NCBI GenBank assembly: GCA_047605305.1
Contig: JASGFW010000003.1
Coordinates: forward strand, 896-64,895
Direction of reading: 5' to 3'
Origin: Gordonia sp. (in: high G+C Gram-positive bacteria)
Lineage (GTDB): Bacteria; Actinomycetota; Actinomycetes; Mycobacteriales; Mycobacteriaceae
DNA length: 64,000 bases
Translations under genes and position numbers: made by a program
Notes under the pieces: generated by a model
The model's database searches: none
What the model saw: the letters and a program-made list of their open reading frames with translations, nothing else
What the model was told of the DNA's origin: nothing
Shown here: positions 58,892 through 64,000 of the stretch, one piece after another
Position numbering within the stretch: position 1 is the first letter of the stretch
How the letters are laid out: every line of letters starts with the position of its first letter

Positions 58892-60528
58892 GTTCAGGTG
58901 AAAAGAGCCAGGCGGCGAACACGGATCACATACCCGAATGTGACATCGTCGGTGACGTTGATGAAGGTCTGCTCGCAACGTTCTGGAGATACGAATATGC
59001 GTTGATGGACAACAACATCGCTGCTCTGGATGAGCTCTTTGTCGATGACATCACGACATTGAGGGGCGATGCGGACGGGGTTCTGGTCGGGCACCGCCAG
59101 ATTGCCGGATTCCGCGCGGCCAGACCGGGCGGAGCTCCGGCTCGGCGGGTGAGTCGTCTGCACATCAGGGTACTGGGTCCACAGTGCGCACTAATCATGG
59201 CCGAGACGATTCGCGACAATGGCGCTCGCGGATTGCAAACCCAGCTGTGGCAGAGCATTTCAGGGGAGTGGCGGATCAGCGCGGCCCATGTTGCGACCAC
59301 CAACCCGCGAGACCCGCATGTCTGGCGATTGGCCGGAGATCCGTTGTGCCGGGCGACTCGGTCTGGGCCGTTGGACGGAAAGAGGGTCGCGGTGAAGGAT
59401 CTGTTCGCGATCATCGGACACCGAATCGGCGGCGGTACACCGACATACCTTGCGATTACCAACGAATGCACCTCTACTGCACCCGCGGTGCAACGCCTCA
59501 TGGACGCCGGCGCAGATATTGCCGGGATCGCACATACCGATGAACTGGCGTACAGCCTCGCCGGGGTGAACCCGCACTACGGATGTCCAGATAACCCGGC
59601 CGCGCCAGGACGGATTCCCGGTGGCTCCTCCAGCGGACCTGCAGTAGCGGTCAGCGGAGGCGAGGTGCAGATAGGTCTGGGTACCGATACCGCCGGATCA
59701 GTTCGGGTGCCCGCGTCATATCAGGGGATTTGGGGGATGCGGAGTACCCATGGTTCGGTCCCTACCGACGGAATGCTCCATCTGGCACCATCATTCGATG
59801 CTGTCGGCTGGCTCACCGCCGACCTTGAGACGTTGCGGTCGGTCGTGGAGGTGTGCGTGGGCGCATCGGAATGCCGGCCGGATACCCACCATCGAAATTC
59901 GGACATAGATATTCTGATCGATCCGGGACTGATCTCCTACGCTGAACGAGCAGTCGTACAACAGGTATGGGAAACCGTCCATGTTCTCAGCGAGTATGCG
60001 GAGATCTCGTATACCACCTTGATCAGCAGACACCTGGAAGAATGGTTCGCCGCATTTCGCATCGTGCAGGCATATGAGGCTTGGCGCACTCACACCGATT
60101 TCCTTGTCGCTCATCCCCAGGGAGTCAGCGGCGCCGTCGCGGATCGTTTCCGGGTCGCAGCGCAAGTATCGGAAGCCGAGGTTGGCTCAGCGCGCGGTGT
60201 CGTGGCAGATGCGCGCCGACGACTCGACGATCTGTTGCCATCAGGCCGGAATTTATTACTGCCCGCCACACCTGGACCGGCACCGCGCAACGATGAGCTG
60301 GAGATCGATGCCGTGAGGTATTCGACGTTGCGGCTCACCTGCCTGGCCAGTCTGTCGGGCCGGCCGGCGATCAGCGCACCATGCTGGCAGTCCGGCGGGA
60401 TGCCCGTCGGACTCAGTCTCATCGGGTGGCGCGGCGGTGATCTTGACCTGGTGGCGACCGCCGGCAGGGTTGCTGACATCACCGGTCGATCGGCGCAGCG
60501 GTCAGCCAGCGGGAAGAAAATTTCATGA
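58888..60528 (+). CDS. Amidase-signature enzyme with an N-terminal NTF2/SnoaL-like (AtzH-like, DUF3225-type) domain
   Basis: The start at ATG 58888 forms an ATGA overlap with the esterase stop. The N-terminal ~130 aa (FWRYEYALMDNNIAALDELFVDD...WRISAAHVA) are followed by an amidase core with GGSSSGPAVAVSGG and a KD...G region. Confidence 0.75.
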   Translation: MSSGEKSQAANTDHIPECDIVGDVDEGLLATFWRYEYALMDNNIAALDELFVDDITTLRGDADGVLVGHRQIAGFRAARPGGAPARRVSRLHIRVLGPQCALIMAETIRDNGARGLQTQLWQSISGEWRISAAHVATTNPRDPHVWRLAGDPLCRATRSGPLDGKRVAVKDLFAIIGHRIGGGTPTYLAITNECTSTAPAVQRLMDAGADIAGIAHTDELAYSLAGVNPHYGCPDNPAAPGRIPGGSSSGPAVAVSGGEVQIGLGTDTAGSVRVPASYQGIWGMRSTHGSVPTDGMLHLAPSFDAVGWLTADLETLRSVVEVCVGASECRPDTHHRNSDIDILIDPGLISYAERAVVQQVWETVHVLSEYAEISYTTLISRHLEEWFAAFRIVQAYEAWRTHTDFLVAHPQGVSGAVADRFRVAAQVSEAEVGSARGVVADARRRLDDLLPSGRNLLLPATPGPAPRNDELEIDAVRYSTLRLTCLASLSGRPAISAPCWQSGGMPVGLSLIGWRGGDLDLVATAGRVADITGRSAQRSASGKKIS

Positions 60529-61601
60529 GTTTGGCCATGGGTGCGCACCATTACCTCGCCTCGACTCCGTCGACGGTCAGCTGGGGTGAATTGCCGTGTG
60601 AGACGGATACCCCGGTCCATGAGATGGCGTCGGGGCAGATCATCACCATAGACACCGTCAGTCATGAGGGCATACTGCCCGATCAGGGGCGTGACCCGCG
60701 AGAGTTCTTCGCACGGTTCGGTGTTCCCGCTGGACGCATCCTTCCCGATGCCATTGACATAGCGGCATCCGGGATTATCCACACCTCTGCTCAAGGGCCG
60801 CATGTGGTGACCGGCCCGGTCGCAGTTCGTGGCGCTGAGCCCGGGGATCTGTTAGCACTCGATATCATCGAGCTCAGTCGACGGGCCGACTACGGCATTG
60901 TGTCATCGCGTCACGGTAAAGGTGCGTTGCCCGAGGAATTCCCGGCGGACGGGCATGCGTCGACCAGCGTCTTCTGTACGGCATTCGACGACATCGGTGT
61001 TCTGCCACTGCGCCAGGATGATTCGTCGTTCACCGACCGGCATCAACGCTCGATCCGGTTTCCTCTTAATCCCTTCCTGGGCATCATGGGCGTCGCTGCG
61101 GCTGGCCACGTCCGCCCATATTCGGTGCCTCCCGGTCGGTATGGCGGCAACCTGGACATACGAGTATTCGGTATAGGTGCCACGGTGTATCTGCCGGTCC
61201 AGGTGCCGGAGGCGTTGTTCTACATCGGGGATCCGCACTACTCACAGGGCGACGGCGAGGTCGCGCTCACCGCCTTCGAGGCGCCGCTGCGTGCGACCCT
61301 ACGGGTGGAGGTCATCGCCGGCGGGGCTCAACTCGCCGGCGGCCGTCCGTTTGGCGAGACCGCAGAGCATCTGGTGAGCATCGGACTCGATCCCGACCTC
61401 GATGAGGCGGTTCGTGACAGCGTGGATGCCGCACTCGATCTGATGTTGGCGCGGTACGGCGTGCCCCGGCATCTCGGATACGCCTACCTCAGTGCCGCAT
61501 GCGATGTACGTGTCTCGCAGGTGGTCGATCAGGTGAAGGGCTGCCACACGTTGATTCGCAAGGCCGACTTCGACCAGTGCCATGTTTCTCCGATCCGGTA
61601 G
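60525..61601 (+). CDS. Acetamidase/formamidase (FmdA/AmdA) family protein
   Basis: 358 aa ORF with GGNLDIRVFGIGATVYLPVQVPEALFYIGDPHYSQGDGEVALTAFE, the family signature. ATGA overlap with the amidase gene. Confidence 0.85.
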   Translation: MSLAMGAHHYLASTPSTVSWGELPCETDTPVHEMASGQIITIDTVSHEGILPDQGRDPREFFARFGVPAGRILPDAIDIAASGIIHTSAQGPHVVTGPVAVRGAEPGDLLALDIIELSRRADYGIVSSRHGKGALPEEFPADGHASTSVFCTAFDDIGVLPLRQDDSSFTDRHQRSIRFPLNPFLGIMGVAAAGHVRPYSVPPGRYGGNLDIRVFGIGATVYLPVQVPEALFYIGDPHYSQGDGEVALTAFEAPLRATLRVEVIAGGAQLAGGRPFGETAEHLVSIGLDPDLDEAVRDSVDAALDLMLARYGVPRHLGYAYLSAACDVRVSQVVDQVKGCHTLIRKADFDQCHVSPIR

Positions 61602-61743
61602 GGACGGTGAGCTGCTGATCCGCTTCGTTAACCTAACGTTGGCTTCGATGCCGGGTTCCCGTATCTGAATGGCAGGCAGTCTGAAACCGTTTGGCTACTG
61701 AGTTGTCGACATCTGGTCAAGTGGTTGGTGAACACTCCTGCGA

Positions 61744-62661
61744 GTGTCCTCAGCTACCGAGCGGTTGCTTCCCGAGTCGCCTCATTCGCGCCCATGGCGC
61801 AGCTATGCACTATTTCTTGCGTTCGTCGGTCCTAATCTGTTGCTATTGGCCCTGTTTACCTACCGTCCACTGTTCGAGAATTTCCGGATGTCGTTCTATG
61901 ACTGGAACATCTCCTCCTCCGGCGCCAGGTTTATTGGAATCGCCAACTACCGAGAGTGGTTCGGACGCGCCGATACCTGGACCGTCATCGCCAATACGGG
62001 CATCTTCACCGTAGTCGCCGTTGTCGGCAGTATGGTGCTGGGTTTGGCCTTGGCATTGTTGCTGGATCGTCAGCTCAAAGGACGAAATCTGGTGCGATCA
62101 GTGGTATTTGCACCGTTCATCCTCTCTGGTGCGGCAGTTGGTATCGCATTCCAATTCATCTTCGATCCCAACTTTGGGATGATCAACGATCTAATGCATC
62201 GGTCCGGACTGGGCTCTGCACCGGATTTTTATCAGCAGCCAGGATGGGCGCTGCTCATGGTCACTATCACCTATGTGTGGAAGAATTTGGGGTATGCCTT
62301 CGTGATCTACCTGGCGGCTTTACAGGGTAGGCGAATTGATCTCGATGAGGCGGCGGCGATAGACGGTGCGAGTAGGTGGGCTCACTTCCGTAAGGTCCTG
62401 ATGCCACAGCTGCGGCCGACTACCTACTTTCTTTCTATAACAGTACTGCTGAACTCAATCCAGGTGATCGATATTATCAATGTGATGACTCGTGGCGGTC
62501 CACTCGGAGACGGAACGACCACGATTGTGTATCAGGTGTACGAAGAAAGTTTCCGGAACTTTAGAGCAGGATACGGCTCCGCTATAGCCACCGTAATGTT
62601 CCTGGTCTTGCTGGTGGCCACGGTTATTCAGGTGCGGATGATGGACCGGAGTGGAAAATGA
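61744..62661 (+). CDS. Carbohydrate ABC transporter permease (MalF/UgpA-like)
   Basis: 305 aa ORF with 6 TM helices and an EAA-loop region (DLDEAAAIDGASRWAHFRKVLMPQL). GTG start. Confidence 0.85.
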   Translation: MSSATERLLPESPHSRPWRSYALFLAFVGPNLLLLALFTYRPLFENFRMSFYDWNISSSGARFIGIANYREWFGRADTWTVIANTGIFTVVAVVGSMVLGLALALLLDRQLKGRNLVRSVVFAPFILSGAAVGIAFQFIFDPNFGMINDLMHRSGLGSAPDFYQQPGWALLMVTITYVWKNLGYAFVIYLAALQGRRIDLDEAAAIDGASRWAHFRKVLMPQLRPTTYFLSITVLLNSIQVIDIINVMTRGGPLGDGTTTIVYQVYEESFRNFRAGYGSAIATVMFLVLLVATVIQVRMMDRSGK

Positions 62662-63566
62662 CTACGGCCGGAAGATTAAAAATTCGAAATCAGTCGTTGT
62701 CGGACTATGGGGTCGGCGTTAAAGTGGCTGGGCGTTCGGCGAGCGGTAGATCGCTGGCGACGATTCTGGGATATCTCGCCATGGTTATCGCTTTGCTGGT
62801 TGTCGCGGTACCTCTTGTATGGATAGTGCTGACTTCATTCAAGGATCGATCTGAGATCTACACCCAACCCGCGGTCTGGTGGCCACATGTGTGGCATCCC
62901 GAAAATTATTCAGAAGCAACCACATCTGTGCCGTTCTGGTTATTTCTCAGAAACTCGGTGATTGTGACATCGGTACTGGTTACGGCAAAGTTTGTGCTCG
63001 GAGTGTTTAGTGCGTACGGTTTGGTGTTCCTTCGATTTCCTGGTAAGAAGATAGTATTTCTCGTAATCATCGCGGCGTTGATGGTGCCGAATCAGATAAC
63101 GGTAATCGCTAATTACGCACTGGTGGCGCAACTCGGGTTTAGAAGCACCTTTGTCGGCATAGTTGTGCCGTTGGCTGGAGTTGCATTCGGGACATTCCTG
63201 ATGCGTAATCACTTTCTATCGATCCCGGCAGAGATTATCGAAGCGGCGCGGATGGACGGTGCTGGTCACTGGCGGCTGTTAACACGTGTAGTATTACCGA
63301 TATCCATTCCTACTATGATCGCATTCGCGTTGATCACCTTGGTCAATGAATGGAATGAATACTTGTGGCCGTTCCTGATGACCGATAATCATAGTGTTGC
63401 CACTCTTCCGGTAGGTTTGACACAACTGCAAAATAACGATGGCATTACTAACTGGGGTCCACTGATGGCTGCCACTGTACTGTCCATGCTGCCGATACTC
63501 GTTATTTTTGTGGTCTTTCAGCGACATATGATCAAAGGTCTTATCTCCGGTGCAGTCAAGGGATGA
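62658..63566 (+). CDS. Carbohydrate ABC transporter permease (MalG/UgpE-like)
   Basis: 302 aa ORF with an EAA loop (IIEAARMDGAGHWRLLTRVVLP). ATGA overlap with the upstream permease. Confidence 0.85.
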   Translation: MTTAGRLKIRNQSLSDYGVGVKVAGRSASGRSLATILGYLAMVIALLVVAVPLVWIVLTSFKDRSEIYTQPAVWWPHVWHPENYSEATTSVPFWLFLRNSVIVTSVLVTAKFVLGVFSAYGLVFLRFPGKKIVFLVIIAALMVPNQITVIANYALVAQLGFRSTFVGIVVPLAGVAFGTFLMRNHFLSIPAEIIEAARMDGAGHWRLLTRVVLPISIPTMIAFALITLVNEWNEYLWPFLMTDNHSVATLPVGLTQLQNNDGITNWGPLMAATVLSMLPILVIFVVFQRHMIKGLISGAVKG

Positions 63567-63656
63567 AACTAATCCCATTCGCCTCTCTGGTATTGCCGAT
63601 CGCTTCCTTCCTCTCCACTTCAACCCCGCTCAATTACGAGAAGGAGTATCATTATT

Positions 63657-64000
63657 ATGACTGAATTATCCCGCCGTGGATTTCTGGCGGCCGGTATGGC
63701 GCTTGCCGCGGGTGCGGCAGTCAGCGCATGTGCTGGTTCGGGAGGGAGTAGCTCCGATAGTGGCGGCGACGGCAAGAATTTGACTTTCTGGTCGAGTCAT
63801 CCTGGCCAGTCGACTGCGGTGGAAAAGGAACTCATCAAGAGGTTTGAGGACGCTAATCCCGGAATCAAGGTGCAGCTCGTCGACGCAGGTAAGGATTACG
63901 AAGAGGCCGCGCAGAAGTTTAATGCCGCGCTTTCGGGAGGCGAGCTGCCAGATATCATCATCCTCAGTGATGTATGGTGGTTCAACTTTGCGCTCATCGG
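63657..64000 (+). CDS. Extracellular solute-binding protein of a sugar ABC transporter (5' partial, runs off the window)
   Basis: Read from the DNA: ATG at 63657 preceded by AAGGAG. MTELSRRGFLAAGMALAAGAAVSACAG is a Tat-type signal plus lipobox. The following LTFWSSHPGQ...KVQLVDAGKDYEEAAQKFNAAL is typical of SBP_bac_1. Confidence 0.8.
   Translation, partial: MTELSRRGFLAAGMALAAGAAVSACAGSGGSSSDSGGDGKNLTFWSSHPGQSTAVEKELIKRFEDANPGIKVQLVDAGKDYEEAAQKFNAALSGGELPDIIILSDVWWFNFALI

Overview
High-GC actinobacterial chromosome, Mycobacteriales-like in gene content. All calls come from reading the ORF translations and the DNA by eye. No database search or computation was possible.

Layout, left to right:
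- Tail of a mycofactocin cluster (mftF, mftG).
- A copper/thiol envelope locus: a CopD/CtaG-like membrane protein, a ZAS-type anti-sigma-like protein, a Cu(I) P1B ATPase, VKOR, a DsbA-like protein and a SigC-like ECF sigma factor.
- A hydantoin/allantoin-type unit: racemase, NCS1 permease and a GntR regulator.
- The S10-spc ribosomal-protein cluster through secY-adk-map forms the backbone, but it is broken into four blocks: rpsJ..rpsQ (13.9-19.3 kb), rplN-rplX-rplE-rpsN (30.7-32.2 kb), rpsH..rplO (47.8-50.5 kb) and secY-adk-map (50.7-53.4 kb). The first three blocks each carry their own copy of a conserved promoter-like element; the secY block has only a weaker, degenerate copy. The first three blocks also end in a strong hairpin.
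- Island 1 (19.3-30.7 kb) holds an orphan MbtH-like gene, small membrane and lipoprotein genes, an LLM oxidoreductase, an esterase, and a peptide-type ABC importer with two sugar-type enzymes.
- Island 2 (32.2-47.8 kb) splits the normally contiguous S14|S8 junction. It holds a lone uricase, a second peptide-type ABC importer, a DUF2127-like protein and a five-gene cassette at 33548-41257.
- Right end: an N-heterocycle/amide catabolic cluster and a sugar ABC transporter running off the window.

Top candidate for an undescribed system: the tightly coupled cassette at 33548-41257. It encodes a large putative DNA-binding protein, a MORC/MutL-like GHKL ATPase, a Z1-domain DEAD-like NTPase, a ParA-like ATPase and a small partner protein. 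It looks defence-type, but it lacks the methyltransferase, AIPR and nuclease partners of known GHKL+Z1 systems.

No rRNA, tRNA, CRISPR array, transposase or integrase was recognised.
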